NCBI GenBank assembly: GCA_045617085.1
Contig: JAZLHZ010000066.1
Location: 1-43,005 of the forward strand
Length of the DNA stretch: 43,005 nucleotides
Direction: 5' to 3'
From: Clostridia bacterium
GTDB lineage: Bacteria; Bacillota; Clostridia; Christensenellales; Aristaeellaceae
The position numbers were made by a program, and so were the translations under genes. How positions within the stretch are numbered: the first letter of the stretch is position 1; each line of letters opens with the position of its first letter. The notes beneath the pieces were generated by a model that was given only the letters and a program-made list of their open reading frames with translations, did no database searches and had not been told where the DNA came from. Shown in pieces: positions 34,222-42,654 of the stretch.

Positions 34222-35526
34222 ATGAAGCTGACGATGACGGCAACCGGAGATTCCATACTGATCCAGGGTATCCCCGAGGGCGGTTATGAGGGCTATGACG
34301 AGCTGGTGGATTGGATCGCCAAGGGCGATGCAAAGTTTGCCAATCTGGAAATGTGCGTTACGGATTACGATACCTATGCTTCCACCTATTGCGGCGGCAC
34401 GTGGATCAACGCCAGACCCGAGATCCTCGATCAGCTGAAGGGCTTCGGTTATGACTTCCTGGGCTATGCCAACAATCATGCGATGGACTACGGCCCCGAC
34501 GGATGTCTGGAGACCATTGAACATGCGAAAGCGCGGGGCTTCAAGATAGCCGGTGCAGGCAAGACGCTGACCGAGGCTTCCGAAGCGGTATACAAGACCT
34601 GCAAGGGCGGCAGAGTGGCGTTTCTCGCCATGACCTCGTCTTTTGACGATTCCGCAAGAGCAGGTTATCCTTCCAAGGGCGTGAAGGGCCGTCCCGGACT
34701 GAACGGTCTGCGCATCAGCAAAAAGCTGATATTGAACGAAGCACACTACAACGCCATGCGGGAGATCGCTGCCGTCACGAAGCTGAACGGCTCCAAAGAC
34801 AACTCCCGGGCAAACGGCTTCACTCCCGCACTGCCGGAGGGCGTATTCGAGTTCGACGGCCTCTCGCTGAAGCTCAGTGAGGACGGGACCGAAGCCAAGG
34901 TGACCTCCTGCAACAAGAAAGACCTGAACCGCATGCTGAGCGCCATCAAAGATGCAAAGAACATTGCCGACTACGTGGTGATCATGTTCCACAGCCATCA
35001 GATCAAGGCGGACAGATCCTGCGACCCCGACGATTTTGCCATCGAGTTCGCCCATGCCTGCATCGATGCGGGCGCGGACGTCATTATCGGCAACGGCACG
35101 CATTCTTTCAAACCCATTGAGATTTATAACGGCAAGCCTATCTTCTATTCCATGGGCAATTTCTGCTATCAGTCCAACGTGCTGGAGCATTCTCCCGCCG
35201 ATTTCGGAGAGAAGTATAACCTTGACGGGCTTTCCGATGTACAGGCTTATGCAGCCAGAAACAAAGGCTGGACAACGGGTCTGCATACCAAGATCGAGAA
35301 TTTCCGCACCTATATCCCGCTGATCGAGTTTGAGGACGGCAAACTGACGAATCTGACCCTCAAGCCCGTGCATCTGGGCTTTGAAAAGCCCAGAACCTTC
35401 AAGGGCATTCCGTACCCGGCGAAGGGCGAGAAGGCAAAGGAGATCTACGAAATCCTGAGAGACATTTCCGCACTGCGGGGAACAAAGATCACCTTCGACG
35501 GCGAACTGATGCACGTTGAAATATAA
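34222..35526 (+). CDS. CapA-family (PGA_cap) metallophosphatase-like protein
   Basis: 434 aa. Landmarks GDSIL.., ANLEMCVT, YANNHAMDYG, VVIMFHSHQ, IIGNGTHSFKPIEIYNGKPIFYSMGNF. Confidence 0.8.
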   Translation: MKLTMTATGDSILIQGIPEGGYEGYDELVDWIAKGDAKFANLEMCVTDYDTYASTYCGGTWINARPEILDQLKGFGYDFLGYANNHAMDYGPDGCLETIEHAKARGFKIAGAGKTLTEASEAVYKTCKGGRVAFLAMTSSFDDSARAGYPSKGVKGRPGLNGLRISKKLILNEAHYNAMREIAAVTKLNGSKDNSRANGFTPALPEGVFEFDGLSLKLSEDGTEAKVTSCNKKDLNRMLSAIKDAKNIADYVVIMFHSHQIKADRSCDPDDFAIEFAHACIDAGADVIIGNGTHSFKPIEIYNGKPIFYSMGNFCYQSNVLEHSPADFGEKYNLDGLSDVQAYAARNKGWTTGLHTKIENFRTYIPLIEFEDGKLTNLTLKPVHLGFEKPRTFKGIPYPAKGEKAKEIYEILRDISALRGTKITFDGELMHVEI

Positions 35527-35530
35527 ATCT

Positions 35531-35795
35531 TTTCCCTCATCAGAGGGAATGAGCGAACCCTGACTGAGCCGCAGCGATAAGGGCGGCAAACGCAGCAGGC
35601 TGAGTAGTCCTTCCCCACCTCAGTGGGGAAGGTGGCGTCCAACGGACGCCGGATAGGGCATGATAGGTACTGGTAGAGGTGTTCTGCCAACAAAGCTTCC
35701 TTTATCAGCCCTACCCACCGCCTGCGGCGGTCCCCCCTTCCCAGTGAGCTGGGAAGGGACTATTGGGCGGCTCCGCCGCCCCAACTGCTCACTGA
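35531..35795. repeat. modular GC-rich palindromic intergenic repeat, copy R3 (largest, six hairpins)
   Basis: Starts 5 nt after the capA stop. Hairpins at 35532-35549, 35609-35632, 35634-35650, 35717-35731, 35735-35758 and 35765-35781. 35606-35685 is a direct copy of the R2 core. 35741-35795 is an inverted copy of the R2 left end. Confidence 0.7.
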
Positions 35796-35814
35796 ATAAC
35801 GAAAAGAGGTCATC

Positions 35815-37371
35815 GTGAAAAAACTATCGAAAATCGTCCTGACATGTATCGTCTTCCTGCTGATTGCCGCTTCCGCACAGGCGGAGGACGGAACGCTTCG
35901 GGTATATCTCAAATCCTTCGGCAGCATTGCGGAGCTGGATATGCGGCTGGACGGCAGCTATTCCGTGAACGACGAGATTTACTTTGACGAAGGCACCGGC
36001 GTGAAGGCTCTGCAGAAGGACGGCAAGGTATGGCTCCGCTGCGGCCCTGTCGGCATCTGCACCGGCGATTCCGTGACGCTGGACATGCACGAGAGCACCG
36101 GCGGCATCGTGATCGACGGCAGGCAGTATGTCGGCTCTCTGAAGCTGACGGCTTCGGAAACGGGACTGGTCCCGATATTATATATCGACATCGAGGAATA
36201 TGTCAAGGGTGTAATCCCCTATGAAATGAGCGACAGCTTCCCCATCGAGGCGCTGAAGGCGCAGGCGGTGGCGGCAAGAACGTATGCCCTGTACAAGCGT
36301 TCCGTCCGTGCAGACAAAACGTATGACGTGGTGGATACGGCGGGCGATCAGGTATTCCGGGGCACAAGAAGTGAGTATGTCCATGCCGCCGAAGCGGGTG
36401 AAGCGACGAAAGGCATCGCCGGGTCGTACAACGGAGCGTATGCCCTGTGCTACTTTACCGCCAGCAACGGCGGCAGGGTCGCACTTCCTTCCGACACGCT
36501 GGACGCTTCGGACATGTTCTATCAGATCAAGGAAGACCCCTATGACTATGCCAACCCCGACAGCGCCGTCCGCACGCTGGCGTTTATGCGGGACATGACC
36601 GATGCCCCCGAAAAGCTGAAAGCGGCACTGGCAAAGGACGGCGGCGAGGCGGCATATATCCGCAGCGTTGCGGCGGTCGCACCGGTCAATGCGGAAAATG
36701 AGCGGTATACGCAGCTGCGGTTTGACTATGTGCTGAGGACATATACGGATATCACTGTTTTTGACCTGAGAAGTCATCCGGAAGACCTTCTGACCGGGAA
36801 AAAGCTGCACAAATACGGCACTTTGAAGGCGCCGCTGTACCGGGACTGCGAGACGGATATCCCGGTATACGACTTCATCAAGCGGGAGCTGGGCCTCTCC
36901 ATCAACCCGTCCGATACCGAGCTGGTCAGCGTGACGGAGGATGAGGAGCTCATCATCATCAAGCTCCGCCGTTTCGGCCACGGCGTCGGCATGAGCCAGT
37001 GCGGCGCACAGTATATGGCGGGCGAATACGGCATGAAGTATGAGGATATTCTTGCCTTCTACTATCCCGGCGTGACATTTGAAGCGCACGAGTTCACTAC
37101 GGCAATCGCACAGACGGCGGTCGTGCCCGCCGATGTCAAGCTCGTCCCCGAGGCAGGCGAAACCATGGCAAGCATCAAGCTCGCCAACAACGCCAGTACA
37201 CTGAACATGCGTCAGGGTCCCTCCACCGACACGGCAGTGCTGTGCTCGCTTGCCAACGGCACAGAGGTCGCCGTCATGGGTATCGAGGGCGAATGGGCGC
37301 ATATCCGCACCGGTGTGGCGGAGGGCTATGTAAAAACGCAGTATCTGGAAATATCGGGACTGACCGAATAA
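35815..37371 (+). CDS. SpoIID/LytB-domain protein with a C-terminal SH3-like domain
   Basis: 518 aa. GTG start with AAGAGG upstream. Signal peptide ..LLIAASAQA/ED. SpoIID-like core (EEYVKGVIPYEM.., ALKAQAVAARTYAL, FGHGVGMSQCGA). C-terminal TLNMRQGPSTDTAVLCSLANGTEVAV..GEWAHIRTG..GYV is SH3_3-like. Confidence 0.8.
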   Translation: MKKLSKIVLTCIVFLLIAASAQAEDGTLRVYLKSFGSIAELDMRLDGSYSVNDEIYFDEGTGVKALQKDGKVWLRCGPVGICTGDSVTLDMHESTGGIVIDGRQYVGSLKLTASETGLVPILYIDIEEYVKGVIPYEMSDSFPIEALKAQAVAARTYALYKRSVRADKTYDVVDTAGDQVFRGTRSEYVHAAEAGEATKGIAGSYNGAYALCYFTASNGGRVALPSDTLDASDMFYQIKEDPYDYANPDSAVRTLAFMRDMTDAPEKLKAALAKDGGEAAYIRSVAAVAPVNAENERYTQLRFDYVLRTYTDITVFDLRSHPEDLLTGKKLHKYGTLKAPLYRDCETDIPVYDFIKRELGLSINPSDTELVSVTEDEELIIIKLRRFGHGVGMSQCGAQYMAGEYGMKYEDILAFYYPGVTFEAHEFTTAIAQTAVVPADVKLVPEAGETMASIKLANNASTLNMRQGPSTDTAVLCSLANGTEVAVMGIEGEWAHIRTGVAEGYVKTQYLEISGLTE

Positions 37372-37383
37372 GGAGGTCACTTT

Positions 37384-39195
37384 ATGGCTTTTGCATATTA
37401 TGATAAACACGGCACCACGGGCGTTTCCGGCCTGTGGAGCGTATTTGCGGGCAATACCATCGTTGACGGTGCGCTGCAGGATATTGAGAACACAAAGGAA
37501 GACGGCGATACCGCCGTCGGCACCTTCGAAGGCATCCGCATGAGCGCCGAGCTGAAAAAGGGCGCAGGGGATGTGTACTGCCGCCGTGACACGATAGAGA
37601 ACATCTCCGATGCTCCCGTTATCGTCAACCGCTGCATCAGCCGGTTTACGCTGGAGGGCGGCGAGTATGACGTATACACGCAGGCACACGGCTGGGAGAA
37701 CGAGTCCGAAGGCGCATGGCAGCCGCTGACCTCGATGATCGGCAGCCGCAACCGGGGCATCCGCACCTGCGAGAGCGCAGCGCCGATACTGGCGCTGTGG
37801 AACCGCCAGAACGGCAGAGGCGTGGTGTTCCACGTGTTTTCCTGCTGTGCATGGCAGCTGACCGCAGCGGTGGAGGCAGTTGGCGGCGAGCGCACCAAGG
37901 TCGTCGTGGAGGCCGGTCTTGCCGACAAGGGCCTCAACATGAAGCTGCAAAAGGGCGAGAAGGTTGAGCTTCCGCAGATCGTGTACTATACCTTCAGGGA
38001 AAAGCGGGATCTGGAATGCCGCAGGCTCCATGCGTGGTTCAATTCGGAGTACCCCAGAAAGACCGTTCCGGTGGTCTTCAACACATGGATGGCGACGTTT
38101 GACCGACTCGACCTCGAAAAGGAAATGCACATGGCAGACCTTGCCAAGGAAGCCGGAGCGGAATACTTCGTCGTGGATGCGGGCTGGTTCGGCGGCGACG
38201 GCAGATGGCACGACAATATCGGCACATGGGTCGAGAACGAGCACGGCGCATTCTACGGCAGAATGAACGAGTTGGGCGATTATGTGCGCTCCCTCGGCAT
38301 GAAGTTCGGCTTCTGGCTGGAGACCGAGCGGGCGCTGAAAGGCACGATGCTGGTCAGCGAGCATCCGGACTGGTTCTTCTTTAACGGGAAGGAATACTTC
38401 CTCGATTTCGGCAACGACGAGGCGAGGGAGTGCATTACCAAGCTGGTGTGCGGCCTGATCGACAGGCTGGGCATCGATTTCATAAAATCCGACTTCAATG
38501 CGGCGCTGTCCTATGACCCCACCGGCAGCAACTTCCTGAAGCTGCATCGGGGCCACGAGAAGTATATCGAGGCGCTGCGGGAACACCGCAAGGGCATTTA
38601 TCTGGAAAACTGCGCTTCGGGCGGACTGCGGATGGAGATGTACTCCGCCACGGTATTCGACAGCTGCTGGCTCAGCGACAACCACAGCCTGTATTACGGA
38701 CTGCGCAATTATAAGGACACGCTGAAGCGTCTGCCGCCCTGCTGCATCGAGAAATGGCCGGTGCTGAAGGATGCGGACGGGTTCATGGATTACGGAAAAG
38801 CCGAACTGCAGCGAAAGATGATCGCCTGCGACGATGCCATTTGGGGAATCGTCCGCAGCGTGGACGAGAGCTGGCTGCGCGCATTTATAATGGGCGGACC
38901 GCTGGGTTTCAGCTTCGACCTGACCAAGGTATCGCAGGAGACAAGGGACTGCTTCAAAAAGCTGGTGGAGGAGTTCAAACAGAAGAGAGACCGCTTCCTG
39001 AACGGAAAGGCGAGCCTTCTGTGCGATACCGACCGGCTCACCTCCATCGAATACGAAGCCGAAAACGGCGAAAGCCTGATCGCCACCTATGTATGGCAGG
39101 ACAGGCAGCAGACCCTGACGGTTACTGCCCATGATGACAGAGAGCTGACGATCCCGCTTCCCGGCAAGCTGAAAGCAACGCTCACAGAGGAATAA
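37384..39195 (+). CDS. GH36-like alpha-galactosidase (melibiase family)
   Basis: 603 aa. VVFNTWMATFDRLD, EYFVVDAGWF, FGFWLETE, IDFIKSDFN and LENCASGGLRME parallel the GH36 catalytic-barrel motifs (KWDMN / CSGGGGR). Confidence 0.7.
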   Translation: MAFAYYDKHGTTGVSGLWSVFAGNTIVDGALQDIENTKEDGDTAVGTFEGIRMSAELKKGAGDVYCRRDTIENISDAPVIVNRCISRFTLEGGEYDVYTQAHGWENESEGAWQPLTSMIGSRNRGIRTCESAAPILALWNRQNGRGVVFHVFSCCAWQLTAAVEAVGGERTKVVVEAGLADKGLNMKLQKGEKVELPQIVYYTFREKRDLECRRLHAWFNSEYPRKTVPVVFNTWMATFDRLDLEKEMHMADLAKEAGAEYFVVDAGWFGGDGRWHDNIGTWVENEHGAFYGRMNELGDYVRSLGMKFGFWLETERALKGTMLVSEHPDWFFFNGKEYFLDFGNDEARECITKLVCGLIDRLGIDFIKSDFNAALSYDPTGSNFLKLHRGHEKYIEALREHRKGIYLENCASGGLRMEMYSATVFDSCWLSDNHSLYYGLRNYKDTLKRLPPCCIEKWPVLKDADGFMDYGKAELQRKMIACDDAIWGIVRSVDESWLRAFIMGGPLGFSFDLTKVSQETRDCFKKLVEEFKQKRDRFLNGKASLLCDTDRLTSIEYEAENGESLIATYVWQDRQQTLTVTAHDDRELTIPLPGKLKATLTEE

Positions 39196-39197
39196 AC

Positions 39198-41462
39198 ATG
39201 CTGCTTACTCAATACATTCAACAGCTGAAAACAGATCCCGCCTTCATGGCCAACGTGACGGCCTGGCGGGAGGTACCCGCCAGAAGCGCCCGGTATGCCC
39301 CCTTTCCCGAGGGCGTGGACAAGCGCATCATCGAGGCGATGGCGCAGCGGGGCATTCACAGCCTGTATACGCATCAGGAACAGGCGGTGCGGTTTTCGAT
39401 GCAGGGAAAGGACATTGCCGTGGTCACGCCCACGGCGTCCGGCAAGACCCTGTGCTATAACCTGCCCGTACTGACGGAAATACTGAAGGACCCGACCTCG
39501 AGAGCGCTGTATCTGTTCCCCACCAAGGCGCTGTCACAGGATCAGAGCTCCGAGCTGTACGAGCTGATCGAGGCGATGCACGAGGAGATCAAGTGCTTCA
39601 CCTATGACGGAGACACCGATGCCGCAGCCCGGATGGCGATACGGCAGGCGGGTCAGATCGTCATTACCAACCCGGACATGCTCCATTCGGGCATACTGCC
39701 GCACCATACCAAGTGGGTCAAGCTGTTTGAGAACCTCAAGTATATCGTCATTGACGAGCTGCACACCTATCGGGGCATCTTCGGCAGCAACCTTGCCAAC
39801 GTGCTGCGGCGGCTCCTGCGCCTGTGTGAGTTCTACGGCTCCCGTCCGAGGTTCATCTGCTGCTCTGCCACTATCCGCAATCCGAAGGAGCTGGCGGAGA
39901 TACTGACCGAGCGCAGCATGACACTGGTAGACGACAACGGCGCACCGGCAGGACGGCGGAACGTCGTATTCTACAATCCGCCCGTCGTGAACCGACAACT
40001 GGGCATTCGGGCCAGCAGTCTTGACACCACGGTGACACTGGCGGAGGGCTTCCTGAAAAACGACATTCAGACCATCATATTCAACCGCTCCCGGGTGCAG
40101 GTCGAAGTTACCGTGCGTCGGCTCAAGGACAGCATCCATGAGGAAGCAGGCAACAGCGGACGTATCCGGGGCTACCGGGGTGGCTATCTTCCCAGCGAGC
40201 GGCGGCAGATAGAAAAGCAGCTGCGTGCAGGGCAGATCAGCACCGTGGTCTCGACCAATGCGCTGGAGCTGGGCATCGACATCGGCCAGCTGGACGTGTG
40301 CATCATCAACGGATATCCCGGTACCATCGCCAGCACCTGGCAGCAGGCAGGCCGTGCCGGACGCAGGGGCGCCGAATCGCTGATGATCCTGGTGGGCAAT
40401 TCCCAGCCCATCGACCAGTATCTGATGGCGCATCCGGACTATCTGATGGGCCAGTCGCCGGAACAGGCACTGGTGAATCCGGACAACCTGTACGTGCTGA
40501 TGGATCACATCAAGTGCGCCGCCTACGAGCTGCCCTTCAAGGAGGGCGAGGGCTTCGGCAGGGCGCAGAGCGTTGCCGAAATGCTGGAATACCTGTGCGA
40601 GGAGAAGATCCTCAACTATGTGGCGGGCAAGTACTATTGGATGGCGGAGGAGTTCCCGCAGGCGGGCATCCATCTGCGCACCGGCGGCGAGCAGAATTTC
40701 GTCATCGTGGATATCACCAATCCCGCCCATCACCGGGTCATCGGCGAGATGGACAGGTACACCGTTCCGATGCTGCTGCACCGGTATGCCATCTATTATC
40801 ACGAGGCACAGCAGTATCAGGTGGAAAAGCTGGACTTCACAGAGAAAAAGGCGTATGTGCGGGCAGTCGACGTGGATTACTATACCGATGCCGATCTGCT
40901 GATCTCGATGAAGGTGCTGGACGAGACCGACAGCCGGGACATGGGCAGTATCCGACGCTGTCAGGGCGAAGTGCTGGTCTCGTACATGACCCGCATGTTC
41001 AAGAAGATGAAGCTGGATACCGGCGAGAATCTCGGCTGGGGAAAAGTGGAGCTGCCGGAGACCGAGCTACAGACCACGGCCTGCTGGTGGGCACTGCCGG
41101 AGGATCTGGAGATCAAGTACGGCAGGGAAGCCGTGCAGGATGCGCTGGTGGGCCTGTGCCATTTGCTGCGGGCCATTGCGCCGCTGCATCTGATGTGCGA
41201 CCGCAGCGACATCGCCGTGACGTATCATGTCAAGGATACCTTTACCGATCGGCCGACCATATTCATCTATGACTGCGTGCCCGGCGGCACCGGACTTTCC
41301 GATCACGTGTATACGATGGAGAAGCAGCTGTTCATCGAGGCACTGGCCAGATTGGAAGAATGTCCCTGCGAGCACGGCTGTCCCGGCTGTGTCGGCGTCA
41401 GCGTCGGCAAGGGAACTAAGGACGTGCTGAAGGCGATCCTGCACGCGATATGTGCGGAATAA
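39198..41462 (+). CDS. mrfA: DEAD/DEAH-box helicase with C-terminal DUF1998 zinc-ribbon domain (MrfA/YprA-like)
   Basis: 754 aa. Motif I TPTASGKT, motif II VIDELH, SAT, QQAGRAGRRG. C-terminal four-Cys cluster CPCEHGCPGC. The symbol rests on architecture only. Confidence 0.8.
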   Translation: MLLTQYIQQLKTDPAFMANVTAWREVPARSARYAPFPEGVDKRIIEAMAQRGIHSLYTHQEQAVRFSMQGKDIAVVTPTASGKTLCYNLPVLTEILKDPTSRALYLFPTKALSQDQSSELYELIEAMHEEIKCFTYDGDTDAAARMAIRQAGQIVITNPDMLHSGILPHHTKWVKLFENLKYIVIDELHTYRGIFGSNLANVLRRLLRLCEFYGSRPRFICCSATIRNPKELAEILTERSMTLVDDNGAPAGRRNVVFYNPPVVNRQLGIRASSLDTTVTLAEGFLKNDIQTIIFNRSRVQVEVTVRRLKDSIHEEAGNSGRIRGYRGGYLPSERRQIEKQLRAGQISTVVSTNALELGIDIGQLDVCIINGYPGTIASTWQQAGRAGRRGAESLMILVGNSQPIDQYLMAHPDYLMGQSPEQALVNPDNLYVLMDHIKCAAYELPFKEGEGFGRAQSVAEMLEYLCEEKILNYVAGKYYWMAEEFPQAGIHLRTGGEQNFVIVDITNPAHHRVIGEMDRYTVPMLLHRYAIYYHEAQQYQVEKLDFTEKKAYVRAVDVDYYTDADLLISMKVLDETDSRDMGSIRRCQGEVLVSYMTRMFKKMKLDTGENLGWGKVELPETELQTTACWWALPEDLEIKYGREAVQDALVGLCHLLRAIAPLHLMCDRSDIAVTYHVKDTFTDRPTIFIYDCVPGGTGLSDHVYTMEKQLFIEALARLEECPCEHGCPGCVGVSVGKGTKDVLKAILHAICAE

Positions 41463-41486
41463 ACAACGGTGTACGGAAGGGCTGCT

Positions 41487-41771
41487 ATGAACATTTTGAG
41501 TTGGTTAGAAGAATGGTACAGTTCTAATTGTGATAGGAGCTGGGAGCATTTTTACGGTGTTAAAATAGAAACATTAGACAATCCGGGATGGTCTGTAAAA
41601 ATTGATTTGATGGAGACTCCACTTGAGAACAGAGCATTTGAAGTATACGAGATCGACAATGGTGACGATGATTGGATTCGTTGCTGGGTAAAAGATCACA
41701 TTTTTTATGGCGTGGGAGATCCACACAAATTAGAAAAGATAATACAGAAGTTTCAAGAATACATTGACTGA
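41487..41771 (+). CDS. small Imm53-like polymorphic-toxin immunity protein (tentative)
   Basis: 94 aa from the ATG at 41487, with GGAAGGG 6 nt upstream. LSWLEEWYSSNCDRSWEHFYGVKIETLDNPGWSVKIDL matches my recollection of the Imm53 family (W..WY...CDGDWEH.YG.KI.T.DNPGW). AT-rich gene. Confidence 0.5.
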   Translation: MNILSWLEEWYSSNCDRSWEHFYGVKIETLDNPGWSVKIDLMETPLENRAFEVYEIDNGDDDWIRCWVKDHIFYGVGDPHKLEKIIQKFQEYID

Positions 41772-41824
41772 TATTCTTTCCTGAGACGGTTGGATCCCGG
41801 TTTGTCCATCATCAAACATGAACA

Positions 41825-41861
41825 AAAGCAACAGTCGGTACGATGCTTCGGCTGTTGCTTT
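41825..41861 (+). terminator. hairpin terminator after the Imm53-like gene
   Basis: 13-nt arms aaagcaacagtcg / cggctgttgcttt (one G-U pair) with an 11-nt loop. The stem ends in TTT and the T-tail is weak. Confidence 0.5.
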
Positions 41862-41888
41862 ACTAATGAAAGGCTTATCCGGAATTGA

Positions 41889-41917
41889 TTGATTCTTTCG
41901 ATGGCTGATGTTATAAT
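41889..41917 (+). promoter_or_regulatory. strong sigma-A-type promoter of the membrane-protein gene
   Basis: TTGATT (41889-41894), 17 nt, TATAAT (41912-41917), with extended -10 TGt (41909-41911). Confidence 0.6.
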
Positions 41918-42000
41918 ACGGGCATCAAGAGGAAATGAGCGTCATGATCCGATTTCCGTTGGTGATCAAAAGAAATATTGCTGTGAAAGGCGAATGAATA

Positions 42001-42654
42001 ATGAAAGATAAAAAAACAACTGGTTTTGATTATTTGTGGTGTGCGTTATATGTATGTGCGGCATTTGCACTTGAATTACTGTTAGTGTCTATAGAAGGCA
42101 TGTTTGGGATAGACATTATTCATTTCAAAGACACACAGATGGTTATTCATTGGCTGATAACGATAACTCTTTGGCTCATTTCCGGTTTGGTGGTTATCAA
42201 AATTGCAAAGAAAACGACGGGATTTGATATATTTAGGCAGCAGGAAAGGATAAAAGGTTGGCAATGTATTGCAATTATTTTTTGTGTTATTCTGAATGTT
42301 TGGGCGAAATATTTGGATTGGAATGGCTTTAAGGTCCTTCTGGAGTGGAAATCTTTGGGACCTTGCTTGTTCTTATTTCAATATTTATACTATCTCGCAG
42401 AAGGTTTTCTTATTTCATTGGTTATTGTGTTCGGTCAATTAGCGTGCGAAAAATGGTTTAAAAATGATAGAATCCCGTATGGTGGAATAGTGCTTGGATT
42501 AACTTGGGGATTAAGCCACATCATTTCCAAAGGTAGTGTTATGATTGGTGTTTTATCGGCATTGGGTGGATTCCTATTCGGAAGTGTATATCTTTTTGTG
42601 AATAAAGACTATCGAAAGGCTATGCCAATCATTACATTGTTGTTTATGTTATAA
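42001..42654 (+). CDS. polytopic membrane protein of unknown function (possibly a degenerate CPBP/Abi-like fold)
   Basis: 217 aa with about six hydrophobic segments. The KKTTGFD motif occurs twice (residues 4-10 and 70-76). Only weak echoes of CPBP motifs (LAEGFLISL, WGLSH). AT-rich. Confidence 0.6.
   Translation: MKDKKTTGFDYLWCALYVCAAFALELLLVSIEGMFGIDIIHFKDTQMVIHWLITITLWLISGLVVIKIAKKTTGFDIFRQQERIKGWQCIAIIFCVILNVWAKYLDWNGFKVLLEWKSLGPCLFLFQYLYYLAEGFLISLVIVFGQLACEKWFKNDRIPYGGIVLGLTWGLSHIISKGSVMIGVLSALGGFLFGSVYLFVNKDYRKAMPIITLLFML

Noticed and set aside
32014-35589. 1191-aa minus-strand ORF, the longest in the window
   Set aside because: It lies antisense to uvrC and capA, both of which have unmistakable family motifs on the plus strand. 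The product is Leu/Arg/Gly/His/Val-rich with no motifs. It crosses an intergenic gap and part of repeat R3, which a real gene would not be expected to do.
35531-35795. Whether the repeat loci are a CRISPR array, tRNA-like genes, retron ncRNA or integron attC sites
   Set aside because: There is no regular repeat-spacer periodicity and no cas genes. There is no cloverleaf or anticodon arm. There is no reverse transcriptase or integron integrase in the window, and the flanking genes are ordinary operons rather than promoterless cassettes. A BOX/BIME/MITE-like intergenic repeat is the more economical reading.
36178-39132. 984-aa minus-strand ORF
   Set aside because: It lies antisense to the SpoIID-like and GH36 genes, with shadow-type composition and no RBS or family signature.
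5460-40802. Other long antisense ORFs: 5460..7079(-), 6896..8164(-), 9334..10569(+), 11813..13723(+), 13545..14630(-), 15027..16295(-), 16892..18010(-), 19037..20266(-), 20103..21410(-), 21639..23138(-), 23394..24251(-), 23923..24651(-), 24533..25585(-), 27084..28673(-), 29746..30783(-), 30980..32353(-), 39534..40802(-)
   Set aside because: Each is fully covered by an opposite-strand gene with clear family motifs and operon context. Their translations are Arg/His/Gly/Leu/Asp-rich without motifs. High-GC third positions on the sense strand remove antisense stop codons.
39198-41462. DUF1998 helicase as part of a DISARM/Druantia-type anti-phage system
   Set aside because: It is a single fused helicase-DUF1998 protein of MrfA size. 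No methyltransferase, PLD nuclease, separate DrmB-like protein or giant DruE-like gene is adjacent, and its GC content is native. A repair helicase is the simpler call; the open questions are in the findings.
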